The notes beneath the pieces are model-generated. The model did not search any database, had not been told where the DNA came from, and saw only the letters and a program-made list of their open reading frames with translations. Source: an uncultured delta proteobacterium (GTDB taxonomy: Bacteria > Desulfobacterota > Desulfobaccia > Desulfobaccales > 0-14-0-80-60-11). Taken from it: 64,000 nucleotides of DNA. Location of the stretch: NCBI GenBank assembly GCA_963812015.1, contig CAWETI010000003.1, positions 384,001 to 448,000 of the forward strand, in the 5' to 3' direction. Shown piece by piece: positions 20,946 through 30,872 of the stretch (position 1 is the stretch's first letter; each line of letters opens with the position of its first letter). The position numbers and the translations under genes were made by a program.

Positions 20946-21536
20946 ATGGGGAAAAAACTTAACTGGCTGACCCTGTTTGCTATCCTGCCGCTGGTTCTGG
21001 TATTGGGATGCGGCGAACAAGGCAAGGTGGAACAGGGGAGAGTTATCGGCTTTGACAAAGTCAAAGAGACGGTTACCTTTATTGTGGATACCAAGCACGA
21101 CACCGCCAATCCCGACTACAGCGGGGCGCCCCTTACCTTTGCGCTCCCCAAGGACCCCAAGGAGCGGGGTGAGGATCCCAAGGTCGGCATGCGGATGAAG
21201 CTGGACACCAAGACCCGGGAAATCGTCATTTACGATCCGGCCGCGAAAGATATGAAGAAGATTACTTACACGCTCATCGACCAGAAAGAGAACGTGGCCA
21301 AGACCAGTCCCCTGGTGGTCGGCAAAAAGTTCCCGATGGTGGACAAAGAGAAAAACGCCATCACGGTGTATTCCGGACGGCAGAAAGTGCTGGTGACGTT
21401 CTCGGTGCCCGAGGAATACATGGCCATGCCGGATAATACCTGGGAGGCGGGAGACGAAGTGCGGATCTACTACAAAGAGCCGGGCAAGGCCGCCAGGTTT
21501 ATGAACATAACTAAGACGGACATTTTTAAGAAGTAA
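20946..21536 (+). CDS. Lipoprotein, DUF4881-like
   Basis: LVLGC lipobox; GKVEQGRVI, GDEVRIYYKEPG...MNITKTDIFKK. Confidence 0.7.
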   Translation: MGKKLNWLTLFAILPLVLVLGCGEQGKVEQGRVIGFDKVKETVTFIVDTKHDTANPDYSGAPLTFALPKDPKERGEDPKVGMRMKLDTKTREIVIYDPAAKDMKKITYTLIDQKENVAKTSPLVVGKKFPMVDKEKNAITVYSGRQKVLVTFSVPEEYMAMPDNTWEAGDEVRIYYKEPGKAARFMNITKTDIFKK

Positions 21537-21562
21537 GATCATCGCCTGTGCTGGTGCATTCA

Positions 21563-21616
21563 GAGAGTCGCCCTGGGTCCGATAATCACGAAACCCGGGG
21601 CGATTCTCTTGTTTTT
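21563..21616 (+). terminator. Probable intrinsic terminator
   Basis: AGAGTCGCCCTGGGT...ACCCGGGGCGATTCT stem followed by CTTGTTTTT. Confidence 0.6.
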
Positions 21617-21692
21617 GTGGTAAAACAAAGACGTTGCGGCCACGGCAGGAGGCTTAGTACAGGATTTCATAAATACGCTAATGTTATATATC

Positions 21693-21838
21693 GCCCCCCT
21701 CACCCCAACCCTCTCCCCCCGAAGCGGGGGGAGAGGGGGTAGGTTAGGTCGCCGGGTTTTTTATGATGGCAGAGCCTCAAATCGGTCCCATTTTTTCTCC
21801 TCTCCCCCAATGTGGGAGAGGGTCCGGGTGAGGGGGAA
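21693..21838. repeat. Inverted pair of CCCTCACCC-N4-CCCTCTCCC...GGGAGAGGG repeats
   Basis: Copies at about 21693-21740 and, inverted, about 21798-21838. Confidence 0.7.
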
Positions 21839-21908
21839 GTAATCTTAACGGAATAAGAAATACGCTACCGTATTGATGAACCACTGTAATTAGTGAAGCA
21901 GGGAAGGG

Positions 21909-22697
21909 ATGATAGATTTAGGGCAGATAAATTATTGGCGGGACCTGGCAAGTAAGATCGGGGCCGCCTTTTGCGTGATCGCCTTGCTGGCCCTGGTGGA
22001 TGGCCTGCTGGTGCATTTTCGGGAACCGGCGAACCTGATCAAGGCGCTGCCGGGAACGGTCACCAAAATCAACGGGGAGCTGACCGATGAGGCTCACCGG
22101 GTCCAGGATTTGACCTTTGTGAGCAATTCGGACCAGCTTCAGGTGACTTTTGAGGCGATCCACAAGGGTTATTTCCTGGGAGGGGATATGTGGCGGGGGC
22201 AGCTGCTGGTGGGCCCGCAGATCTCGCCGGGGGAATACAGCCTGTCGGTGCTTCCCAGGAGAACTATATCCGCCCGGAAGGCGCCGGCCTTCCGCATCGT
22301 GGTTTTCCCCCATGCCCTGAGCCTGCAGAAGAGTTCCACTTCTCAGATCCGGTGGTGGTTCGGGATCTCGGCCTTCGTCGTGCCGTTAGGGTGTCTGCCG
22401 GGAATTTTGCTGGCCTTTGGCGCGGTCTATCTGTTGTCCGGGAAAAGAGAGGCGCTGTTGGCGGCAAGCGGCCAGGCGGAAATCTACCGGGTAACCCGGG
22501 GGGACGAGGGTTACGAGATCCGCTTTGGCCTGGGCACGGCGCATGGGATGAGCCCCGGAGTCAGGGTGACTATTTCTGATGAAGCGGGCCAGCAGGTGGG
22601 GACCGGCACGGTGGAGGTCTCCAACCAGACGGTTTCAGTAGCTCTGGCCACGGCAGACCAGGGGATCAAGGTGGGGGACCTAGTCTCCCGGGCCTGA
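21909..22697 (+). CDS. Conserved hypothetical membrane protein
   Basis: Two TM segments; host-like codon use; directly upstream of the kinase. Confidence 0.75.
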   Translation: MIDLGQINYWRDLASKIGAAFCVIALLALVDGLLVHFREPANLIKALPGTVTKINGELTDEAHRVQDLTFVSNSDQLQVTFEAIHKGYFLGGDMWRGQLLVGPQISPGEYSLSVLPRRTISARKAPAFRIVVFPHALSLQKSSTSQIRWWFGISAFVVPLGCLPGILLAFGAVYLLSGKREALLAASGQAEIYRVTRGDEGYEIRFGLGTAHGMSPGVRVTISDEAGQQVGTGTVEVSNQTVSVALATADQGIKVGDLVSRA

Positions 22698-22720
22698 GTT
22701 AAAGGAGTTCAGGTAAGCTC

Positions 22721-24205
22721 ATGTGGAAGCGCCTCAGCCTGCGGGCTCGCATCTTGGTGCTCCTGATGGCGCTCGTGCTCACCACGATCGGCGGCGGGTT
22801 GGTGACCCTGTGGCACAATGAGGCCATGGACTCGCTTTTGGCCTCCCTGATCGATAAAAACGTGGCTTCCTTCCATGCGGCGGAAGAGCTGGAGTCCGCC
22901 CTTTTGCAACAGAAGGGTTACCTGACCTATTATTTTTTGGACGGCAATCCTGAGTGGCTTAAAGAAATTACCCACTACAACCGCAGCTTCGAAGACTGGC
23001 TCGAAAAGGCGCGGAAATCGGCGTATACCGAGGCCATGCGCGAGACTATCGCCCAGATTGACACGCAGTATCATCACTATCTCATCGCCCGGGAACGGGT
23101 GATCAACCTCTACCGGGAGGGCAAGAGGGAGACGGGGGCCAAACTGCACTGGGAAGTGCGACAACAGTTTATCGACATCCTGAGCCTCTGCCGGCGGTAT
23201 AAACTGACCCATGAATTCGCCATCTCCAGGGTGCGGACCGAGAGCCAGGCCCGGGCGCGGTTCATCAATGCCTTCGCCCTGGTGGCGGTGCCGGCGGTGA
23301 CGCTTTTAGGGGTATTGCTGGCCTATATCCTCATCATACAGATCCTGGGACCGATTCGCCAACTGGCACTGGAGAGCGCGCCGGCCAATCCGGGCGCACC
23401 GGTGCCGGATGAAGTGGAGGCCCTGAGCAGCCGGGTGCACAGCCTGATCGAGGATGTGGACCAGGCCCAGATTGAACTGGAGCGCAGCCAGGAACATCTG
23501 CTCCAGTCGGGGAAGTGGGCCATGGTGGGGAAGCTGGCGGCGGGGGTGGCCCACAGCATTCGCAATCCCTTGACCTCGGTGAATATGCGGCTCTTTTCCC
23601 TGAAACGGTCCCTGGCGATGTCGTCTTCCCAACAAGAAGATTTCGACGTGATTTCCGAAGAGATCCGGCATATCGACACGATTGTGCGCAATTTCCTGGA
23701 GTTTTCCCGGCCCCCCAAGCTGAAGATGCAGCGGCTCAGCCCGTCAGCCGTGGTGGACATGGCCCTGGTGTTGCTGCGCTACCGCCTGGAATCTTACGGG
23801 GTAGAAGTGAAGCTGAACCGGAAACAACGGCTGCCCGAGATTTGGGCCGACCCGGACCAGTTGAAAGAAGTTTTGCTCAATCTGGTGTTCAATGCCTGCG
23901 AAGTCATGGTGAACGGCGGGGTTATCACCATTGAGGAAGAGGCCAAAATGGAGCCGCCCTTGGGACCGGCGGTGGTTATCCGGGTGAGCGACAATGGTCC
24001 CGGCATCCCCGAGTCCGTGGGGGATAAGGTCTTTCAACCCTTTTTCAGCACCAAGGAAGAAGGCACCGGGCTGGGCCTGAGTATTGCCACCCGCATTATC
24101 CAGGACCACGGCGGCCGGCTGGAACTGGAAACCAAGAAGCATGGGGGGGCGACGTTCATCATCACCCTCCCCCTGGGGAAAGATGAATCATGGGCAACAT
24201 CCTGA
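22721..24205 (+). CDS. Sensor histidine kinase with four-helix-bundle periplasmic domain
   Basis: AHSIRNPL, DNGPGI, FFSTKEEGTGLGL. Confidence 0.92.
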   Translation: MWKRLSLRARILVLLMALVLTTIGGGLVTLWHNEAMDSLLASLIDKNVASFHAAEELESALLQQKGYLTYYFLDGNPEWLKEITHYNRSFEDWLEKARKSAYTEAMRETIAQIDTQYHHYLIARERVINLYREGKRETGAKLHWEVRQQFIDILSLCRRYKLTHEFAISRVRTESQARARFINAFALVAVPAVTLLGVLLAYILIIQILGPIRQLALESAPANPGAPVPDEVEALSSRVHSLIEDVDQAQIELERSQEHLLQSGKWAMVGKLAAGVAHSIRNPLTSVNMRLFSLKRSLAMSSSQQEDFDVISEEIRHIDTIVRNFLEFSRPPKLKMQRLSPSAVVDMALVLLRYRLESYGVEVKLNRKQRLPEIWADPDQLKEVLLNLVFNACEVMVNGGVITIEEEAKMEPPLGPAVVIRVSDNGPGIPESVGDKVFQPFFSTKEEGTGLGLSIATRIIQDHGGRLELETKKHGGATFIITLPLGKDESWATS

Positions 24206-25626
24206 TTGTGGACGACGACGCCCAGTTGCGGCAGAGCTTTGAGAAGCTCCTGAGCGCGGAAGGGCATACCGTGAAAACCGCGTCCAGCGGGGAGGCGGCC
24301 ATTGCTCTGGTCAAGGCCGGAGTCCCGGACCTGGTGATCATGGATGTGCGCATGCCGGGGATGAGCGGCCTGGAAGCCTTTCGGACCATGCACGAGATCG
24401 AGCCCAAGCTGCCGGTGATCATCATGACCGCCTTCGGCACCACCGAGACGGCCATTGAGGCCACCAAGATGGGGGCCTTTGAATACGTGCTCAAGCCGTT
24501 TGAGATTCCGGATATCCTGGCTTTGATCACCCAGGCCCTGGAGGCGGGTCGGTTCATGCGCTCCCGGGTGGAGGTGGACGTGGCCCCGGATACGGCGGCG
24601 GCGGAAGCCATCATCGGCAGAAGCAAACCCATGCAGGAGGTGTATAAGGCCATTGGCCGGGTGGCCCCCACCGACGCCACGGTGCTGGTCCGGGGGGAAT
24701 CTGGGACCGGCAAGGAACTGGTGGCCCGGGCCATCTATCAGCACAGCCTGAGGGCGGCCAAACCCTTTCTGGTCATCAACTGCGTGGCCATTCCGGAGAC
24801 CTTGCTGGAATCCGAGCTGTTCGGCTACGAAAAGGGGGCCTTTACCGGGGCCGTCAACCGCCGGGTGGGCAAGTTTGAGCAGGCCCACGGCGGCACCGTG
24901 TTCCTGGATGAAATCGGTGACATGCCGTTTAGCATCCAGGCCAAGATCCTGCGCCTGTTGCAGGAGAGGAGCATCGAACGTTTGGGGGGCCGGGAGCCGA
25001 TCCCGGTGGATGTGCGCATCATCGCGGCCACCAACCGGGACCTGGAGACGGCCCTGGCCCAGGGGCGTTTCCGGGAAGACCTGTATTACCGCCTCAAGGT
25101 GGTGACCGTATGGCTGCCGCCGCTCAGGGAGCGGACCCAGGATATCACGCTGCTGGCGGAGTATTTCCTGGCGCGGTTTGCCAAGGAAATGGGCATGGGC
25201 AATCCGGGCACGACCGCAGAGGCCAGGCTGTTGCTTCAGAACTATCAGTGGCCCGGTAATGTTCGGGAACTGGCCAACGCCATGCAAAAGGCCATGATCT
25301 TCAGCCGGGGGTATCCCATTCACCCGGAGGACCTCTCCCGGGCCATCGGCGGCGAAAGTCTGGGCCGGGAAGTGGCAGACCAGCAGGCGGATGAGATCGT
25401 GCGGCAGTGGGTGCGGCAATCCCTGGCGGCGGGGGATGGCAAGGACGTATTTGAGACGTGCATGGACCACTTTGCCAGTCTGCTCATCAGCGAGGCCCTG
25501 GACCTGACGGGGGGAAATCGCAGCCGGGCGGCCAAACTCCTGGGCATTTCCCGGCCGACGCTGTTGTCCAAGATTGATAAATACCGGCTCAAGGTGGAAA
25601 CTTCCATAAAACTGGAGGGGCACTGA
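24190..25626 (+). CDS. Sigma54-dependent response regulator
   Basis: Receiver, GESGTGKE, GAFTGA, WPGNVREL, GGNRSRAAKLLGISRPTL HTH. Confidence 0.95.
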   Translation: MGNILIVDDDAQLRQSFEKLLSAEGHTVKTASSGEAAIALVKAGVPDLVIMDVRMPGMSGLEAFRTMHEIEPKLPVIIMTAFGTTETAIEATKMGAFEYVLKPFEIPDILALITQALEAGRFMRSRVEVDVAPDTAAAEAIIGRSKPMQEVYKAIGRVAPTDATVLVRGESGTGKELVARAIYQHSLRAAKPFLVINCVAIPETLLESELFGYEKGAFTGAVNRRVGKFEQAHGGTVFLDEIGDMPFSIQAKILRLLQERSIERLGGREPIPVDVRIIAATNRDLETALAQGRFREDLYYRLKVVTVWLPPLRERTQDITLLAEYFLARFAKEMGMGNPGTTAEARLLLQNYQWPGNVRELANAMQKAMIFSRGYPIHPEDLSRAIGGESLGREVADQQADEIVRQWVRQSLAAGDGKDVFETCMDHFASLLISEALDLTGGNRSRAAKLLGISRPTLLSKIDKYRLKVETSIKLEGH

Positions 25627-25754
25627 GTATCAGGAAGCAGTGGGCAACCAGCTATCTGTCTGCAGCAAAAACCTCCCTAACCACCTTATTAAAAAAGCAG
25701 CCGGCCCTTCGCAAGCGACCTTCTTTACTAAGCTATTTCAAAACCGGTTGATTG

Positions 25755-25826
25755 TGTCACCCTGAGCGCGTGCGAAGGGTTTAGGTTATTGGAAAGACAA
25801 GATTCTTCGCTTCGCTCAGAATGACA
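25755..25826. repeat. GTCATTCTGAGCGAAGCGAAGAATCT-type intergenic repeat
   Basis: TGTCACCCTGAGCG...AGATTCTTCGCTTCGCTCAGAATGACA inverted ends. Confidence 0.7.
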
Positions 25827-25915
25827 AACTGGCGTAAAAAGAGGTTTTGCAATAGGTTATAGAGCCCTCGGGCCAGATGCCGAGGAAGGTCCCGGAAATC
25901 TTTTCCCCTGGCGCT

Positions 25916-25942
25916 TTTACAAACTGTAAAAAATAACGACAG
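25916..25942. promoter_or_regulatory. Putative enhancer site, copy 3
   Basis: TTTACA-aac-TGTAAA-AAATAACGACAG. Confidence 0.75.
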
Positions 25943-26034
25943 CCCTTTACGGCCAGTCATCAGGCCCATTCTTGCCGCTGCTCTGTAATCAATGTTATAT
26001 CAATAGGTTATCAAGCTACGGTTTTTTCCCGTCC

Positions 26035-26051
26035 TTGGCACGGCGGTTGCT
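26035..26051 (+). promoter_or_regulatory. Sigma54 -24/-12 promoter with upstream IHF-like site
   Basis: TTGGCACGGCGGTTGCT, GG 121 bp after enhancer start; TATCAA-TAGG-TTA at about 25998-26010 fits the IHF consensus. Confidence 0.85.
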
Positions 26052-26068
26052 CAACTTTTAGGTGAGGG

Positions 26069-26482
26069 GTGACCTGCGTGGCCAATGCCTGCAAGATTTT
26101 ACTAGCGGACCGCAACCGGAATGTGCGGGATCTCCTGCGGCGGGAGTTGAGCGCGGAGGGCTACGTGGTGGAGGTGGCCAGGGATGGCCGGGAGGTCTTG
26201 GACCGGCTCAACGGCGACGACCCGCCCCATCTCCTCATCCTGGATCTGGAGATTCCGTACCTGGATGAAACGGAGGTGTGGGCCAGATTGCAGGATCGCC
26301 AGCCGGCCCTGCCGGTGGTCATCCACTCTTTTCTGCCCGCGTATCCCACCAACCTGAGCTTGCCGATTGCGGCCACGTTCCTGGAAAAGAAAGGGGATAC
26401 GGATCTGTTGAAGGCGGTGGTGGCGGAGATGATCGGGAAGCATTACCCCAAAGGAATCCCGGCCCGGGAGAAAACCGGGTAA
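26069..26482 (+). CDS. Atypical single-domain response regulator
   Basis: ILLADRN (acidic pocket altered), LLILDLEIP, FLEK; start may be GTG at 26078. Confidence 0.8.
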   Translation: MTCVANACKILLADRNRNVRDLLRRELSAEGYVVEVARDGREVLDRLNGDDPPHLLILDLEIPYLDETEVWARLQDRQPALPVVIHSFLPAYPTNLSLPIAATFLEKKGDTDLLKAVVAEMIGKHYPKGIPAREKTG

Positions 26483-26640
26483 GGCTCGAGGAAAAAAGGG
26501 CTTTGACAGGGAGGCGGGTGGAGGGGTAAGGTTGAGGTAAACCGGGAGGCACGGGTCGGCGGTGAGACCCCACCGGATGCACCCCTGAAAGTGGCCCAAA
26601 AAACCGGTTTTAGTAAGAGGATCATTCTCAGACGGACCTT

Positions 26641-29241
26641 ATGGCCAACCTGTTCCAGAGACTGAGAAGTCTGTTTTCCCGGGGTGAGCCCGAACCGGCG
26701 CTCTCCATGGAGGAACTGCGGGCGGCCTTCAAGGCGCGCTATTACGCCTTCAAGCAACTGCTGGCCGCCAACAACACCGCCTTGCAGTTGATGACCGATA
26801 TGGAGGCGGCCCTGCGGAGCCAACACGGCTTTGGCATGACCTTTGTCCGGTCCCACGCCACGGCGGTCTGTGTCAATGTCTTCAATATCATCAAGTACTT
26901 GAATGAATTGACCGGCAACCGCTACCGGGGCTTGGAGAAGGTCTTTGCCGATATTGAAAGAACGATTGACACCACTTTGAAGCAGAGACAGGCGCCGATG
27001 ATCCCGGAGCTGGTGCTGCCTCTCAAAGAAGTGCGCCAGGGGATGTCGGAAGGGGTGGGCAGCAAGATGGCCAATCTGGGGGAGATCACCGGCGAGCTGC
27101 CGGAGATTGCGGTGCCTCCGGGATTTGCCATCACCGCGGCCGCGTATGAACTGTTCATATCCCACAACCAGCTGATTGATGAGATCAACCGGCGCCTCCA
27201 ATCCATGGAAGAAGAGGAGATTTCGGACCTCCACCGGAAGAGCTCGGAAATCCAGATGCTGATCATCGGCGCGGACCTGCCGCCAGAGTTGGCGGAAGCC
27301 ATCTCCCAGGCCTATGGGGACCTGTCCAGGGCCGCCGGAGGGGCCGTGAAGGTGGCCTTGCGCTCCAGCGCCATCGGCGAGGACTCGGCGGACACCTCTT
27401 TTGCCGGGCAATATCATTCGGAGCTCAACGTCAGCCAGGAAAACCTGCACGCGGTGTATAAGGAGGTGTTGGCCAGCAAATATGCCCTGACGGCGGTGAG
27501 CTACCGCCTGCACAAGGGGCTCAGGGATGAAGATGTGGCCATGTGCGTGGGGTGTATGGCCATGGTGGATTCCGTCTGCGGCGGGGTGATGTATTCCCGG
27601 GATCCCACCGACATCCGCAGCGATACCATCCTGATCAACGCGGTCCACGGCCTGGCCAAAGCGGTGGTGGATGGGACGGTCACCCCGGACCTGTTGGTCA
27701 TCTCCCGGGGAGAGCCTCTATCGATCCGCAAGCGGGAGATCCGGGACAAAGGGCAGAAGGTCGTGTGTCTCCCGGGGGAGGGGGTGCGGCTGCAAGACGA
27801 TGCGCAGGCAACGGAGGCCGCCCTCACGGATGACCAGGCCCTGGATCTGGCCCGGATTGCCCTGGCGTTGGAGTCTCATTTCGGCGGGCCCCAGGATATC
27901 GAGTGGTGCATCGACCGGGAGGGGCGCATCCTAATCCTGCAAAGCCGGCCTTTGCGGCAGATGGCGGCTCCCCGGGGGGAGAGCGTCGAGGCCCTGACGG
28001 GGAAGTATCCGATACTGCTCCGGGGCGGCGAGCTGGTGGGCCCAGGGGTGGCGGCGGGACCGGTCTACGTGGTGCAGAACAACCTGGACCTGCTGCAATT
28101 CCCGGCGGGGGCGATCCTGGTCACGGCCTTCCCGCACCCCGGCTGGGCTCCCCTGCTGGGCCGGGCCGCGGCGCTGGTCACCGACCGGGGGGGGATTACC
28201 GGCCACCTGGCCAACGTGGCCCGAGAATTCGGCCTCCCGGCGCTGTTCAACACCGGGGAGGCTACCGCGAGCCTTGCGCCCGGCCAGATGGTGACGGTGG
28301 ACGCCGACGGCCTGGCGGTCTACCAGGGCCGGGTGGAGGAACTCCTGGCCCTGGCCGGCCCGAAAGAGGGGCCCGCGGCCAGCACCCCGGTGGGGGAGAC
28401 GCTGAAAGAGGTCATGACCCTGATCACCCCCTTATACCTCACCGATCCGGAGGCGCGGGAATTCAGCCCCCAGGGGTGCCGCACCCTCCATGATATCACC
28501 CGGTTCGCCCACGAGGTTTCGGTCAAGGAGATGTTCGCCTTTGACAAGAAACAGGCCTTTTCCCGGTATTTCATCAAAAAACTGGTGACGCCGGTGGCCC
28601 TGGAGTGGTGGGTCCTGAACCTGGAGGACGGGTTCAAAGAAGAGGTGGCGGAACCGCGGGTGGAGCTGAGCAATATTGCTTCCACGCCCATGCTGGCCCT
28701 GTGGGAGGGGATCACCGCGGTGCCCTGGGAAGGGCCGCCGCCGGTGGACACCGCGGGTTTCATGTCCATCGTCATGGGGGCGGCCACCGACCCCAACCTG
28801 GCCACGGCGGGGGGCACCATGTTCGGCAACACGAACTACTTCATGATCGCCCGGGATTTCTGCAACCTGACCTCCCGCCTGGGCTTTCACTTTTCCACGG
28901 TGGAGGCCCTGGTGGGGGACCAGGCCTACGAGAATTACATCCGGTTCGCCTTCAAGGGGGGGGCGGCGGACTACCCGCGGCGGATCATGCGGACTAAATT
29001 CGTGGGGGAGATCCTGGAGCGGTATCATTTTAAGGTGGATGTGAAGGAAGACGCCCTGTTCGCCCGCCTGGAAGCGGAAACCAAAGACTACATGCTTTCC
29101 CGGCTACGCGTCCTGGGGTACCTCACCATCCACACCCGGCAGATGGACATGATCATGCTCAACGAGGCGGATGTCCAGTATTATAAAGAGAAATTCATCC
29201 AGGACCTGGAAAAGCTGGCGGTGGTGGGTAGGTCAGATTAA
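26641..29241 (+). CDS. PEP/pyruvate-binding-domain protein, paralog B
   Basis: VGSKMANLGE, RSSAIGEDS..SFAGQY, QDIEW..LQSRPL, GGITGHLANVAREF; C-terminus similar to paralog A. Confidence 0.88.
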   Translation: MANLFQRLRSLFSRGEPEPALSMEELRAAFKARYYAFKQLLAANNTALQLMTDMEAALRSQHGFGMTFVRSHATAVCVNVFNIIKYLNELTGNRYRGLEKVFADIERTIDTTLKQRQAPMIPELVLPLKEVRQGMSEGVGSKMANLGEITGELPEIAVPPGFAITAAAYELFISHNQLIDEINRRLQSMEEEEISDLHRKSSEIQMLIIGADLPPELAEAISQAYGDLSRAAGGAVKVALRSSAIGEDSADTSFAGQYHSELNVSQENLHAVYKEVLASKYALTAVSYRLHKGLRDEDVAMCVGCMAMVDSVCGGVMYSRDPTDIRSDTILINAVHGLAKAVVDGTVTPDLLVISRGEPLSIRKREIRDKGQKVVCLPGEGVRLQDDAQATEAALTDDQALDLARIALALESHFGGPQDIEWCIDREGRILILQSRPLRQMAAPRGESVEALTGKYPILLRGGELVGPGVAAGPVYVVQNNLDLLQFPAGAILVTAFPHPGWAPLLGRAAALVTDRGGITGHLANVAREFGLPALFNTGEATASLAPGQMVTVDADGLAVYQGRVEELLALAGPKEGPAASTPVGETLKEVMTLITPLYLTDPEAREFSPQGCRTLHDITRFAHEVSVKEMFAFDKKQAFSRYFIKKLVTPVALEWWVLNLEDGFKEEVAEPRVELSNIASTPMLALWEGITAVPWEGPPPVDTAGFMSIVMGAATDPNLATAGGTMFGNTNYFMIARDFCNLTSRLGFHFSTVEALVGDQAYENYIRFAFKGGAADYPRRIMRTKFVGEILERYHFKVDVKEDALFARLEAETKDYMLSRLRVLGYLTIHTRQMDMIMLNEADVQYYKEKFIQDLEKLAVVGRSD

Positions 29242-29447
29242 AATTGGGATAAGCGGGGAACGTCCAATAATTTAAATGCTATAATTGTATCAAGTGCAGC
29301 TAGGGTAACCTTATAAAATAGTTATCATTTTTATTAAAGGCGCGAAGATATAGCAGTAACAACCGATAAGGGACAGGCATGGCAAGGATCCAGTGTTTCA
29401 CCATCTTGTCCTCCTTTCCTTTCTGCGGTCGATTTAGTTAATCGAAA

Positions 29448-30029
29448 TCATCCCGGCTGATCCGGGTCAACACCTAGCTTTGCCCTACTGCGCACATATT
29501 GAGGATACCAATGGTTGAGCCATAGGCCTAACCCGATCAAGCCCAAGGACATCGCCTGATAGCCCATCCCTCCTGCCCACCAGCCATAGGTTTTCGCCAC
29601 ACTCATCCCTGTGGCTATGAGAAATACCACCCCCCAGATCACCGCGAGGGTCCGGCAGGTCCGGTAAAAGACCGGGGCTGCCTGCCGCTCAGGGGGCACT
29701 GTCTCCCGGGCATATTGCAGGACAAAAGGTTTGCTCATGAAGATGGACAACCAGGCAATGGCCGCCAGGGTCCCTTTGGCCAGAATATCCAGGTTTTTGA
29801 TCACCCACAGGTTTCTACAAAGCACCACCATGACCAGATTGACGCCGAAAAAGAGCAGCGAGCCCCAGGTCAGAATGAACCCTTTGGCCAGCTGTTTGTA
29901 GCCCATGACCAGCACCAGGGCCAGGGCGACGATGATGGCTGCGTTCAACCGCCACAAGGACGGCCCGGAAACAACGCCAAAAACGATCCAGGGCAAGAAG
30001 CCCAGCAGGATGCTGAATATCTCTTTCAT
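29448..30029 (-). CDS. Membrane protein
   Basis: About 6 hydrophobic helices; KPFVLQYARE motif. Confidence 0.7.
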   Translation of the reverse strand: MKEIFSILLGFLPWIVFGVVSGPSLWRLNAAIIVALALVLVMGYKQLAKGFILTWGSLLFFGVNLVMVVLCRNLWVIKNLDILAKGTLAAIAWLSIFMSKPFVLQYARETVPPERQAAPVFYRTCRTLAVIWGVVFLIATGMSVAKTYGWWAGGMGYQAMSLGLIGLGLWLNHWYPQYVRSRAKLGVDPDQPG

Positions 30030-30113
30030 TTTTAATGATTATAATGAGTTTATGGTTTATGTCATTTAAGGGAAGGGGCGGGAGTATATCGACTCCCCAC
30101 CCAAAGCCGCCGG

Positions 30114-30872
30114 TCATCCGGCCTGTCCTGGCGGCTTGCCGGTTAGACCGAACTTGAGCATGGTTGCGCTCCAGTAGTGGTTGGCTTCGTTCCTGAAGGC
30201 CTCCGGCCCGCCTGGAAAGAGGTCTCGTTGTAATCCCGCCTGCACCTCCGGCGTAATCCGTCCCTGGCGGATGAGCTGCTCCCCAGCCTGGCGCACCAAG
30301 TTATAATACCAGACGAACGGTTCCTGATATTGTTCATGGCTCAAGCTCTCACCCCCGGGCCGCAGGATTTCCCCCAGGTAACCCCAGCCCAGCTTTTGGG
30401 CGAAAAACTGGAAATATTGCACCAGCGGCGCAAAATGGTCGAATTCCGGAAAGCCGCAAGGGGAGACCAGCAGCATGGTCCGGTCCCGGGGGTAGCGGTC
30501 CGGGTGGCCGCTCTTACCCGGATGGTCTGGATCTTCCACCAGCCATGGTTCGAAGGAGGGCAGGGTGCGGTCAATGAAGTTCTTCATCAGACCGGACAAG
30601 TTATAGTGGTAAAGCGGAGTTCCGAAGACCAGCAGGTCGGCCTGCACAAACCTTTCCAAGACCACGGCCATGTCATCTTTCTGCACACATTTTCCGGGGG
30701 TCTTGACCCAGCACAGGAAGCAGCCCAGACAAGGTTTGATCTGCAAATGGCCCAGATGCACCAATTCAGTGGTGGCACCTGCGGCGCGCATGCCTTCCAA
30801 CAGCGGGCCCAGGATATGATAGGTGCTGCTCTTTTCATTGCGGGGTGAGCCATTGATGGCCATTACGTGCAT
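30114..30872 (-). CDS. Flavodoxin / iron-sulfur flavoprotein family (NADPH-dependent FMN reductase)
   Basis: INGSPR, PCLGCFLCW...CVQKDDM, GTPLY, MKNFIDR; AGGAG RBS before ATG at 30872. Confidence 0.88.
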   Translation of the reverse strand: MHVMAINGSPRNEKSSTYHILGPLLEGMRAAGATTELVHLGHLQIKPCLGCFLCWVKTPGKCVQKDDMAVVLERFVQADLLVFGTPLYHYNLSGLMKNFIDRTLPSFEPWLVEDPDHPGKSGHPDRYPRDRTMLLVSPCGFPEFDHFAPLVQYFQFFAQKLGWGYLGEILRPGGESLSHEQYQEPFVWYYNLVRQAGEQLIRQGRITPEVQAGLQRDLFPGGPEAFRNEANHYWSATMLKFGLTGKPPGQAG

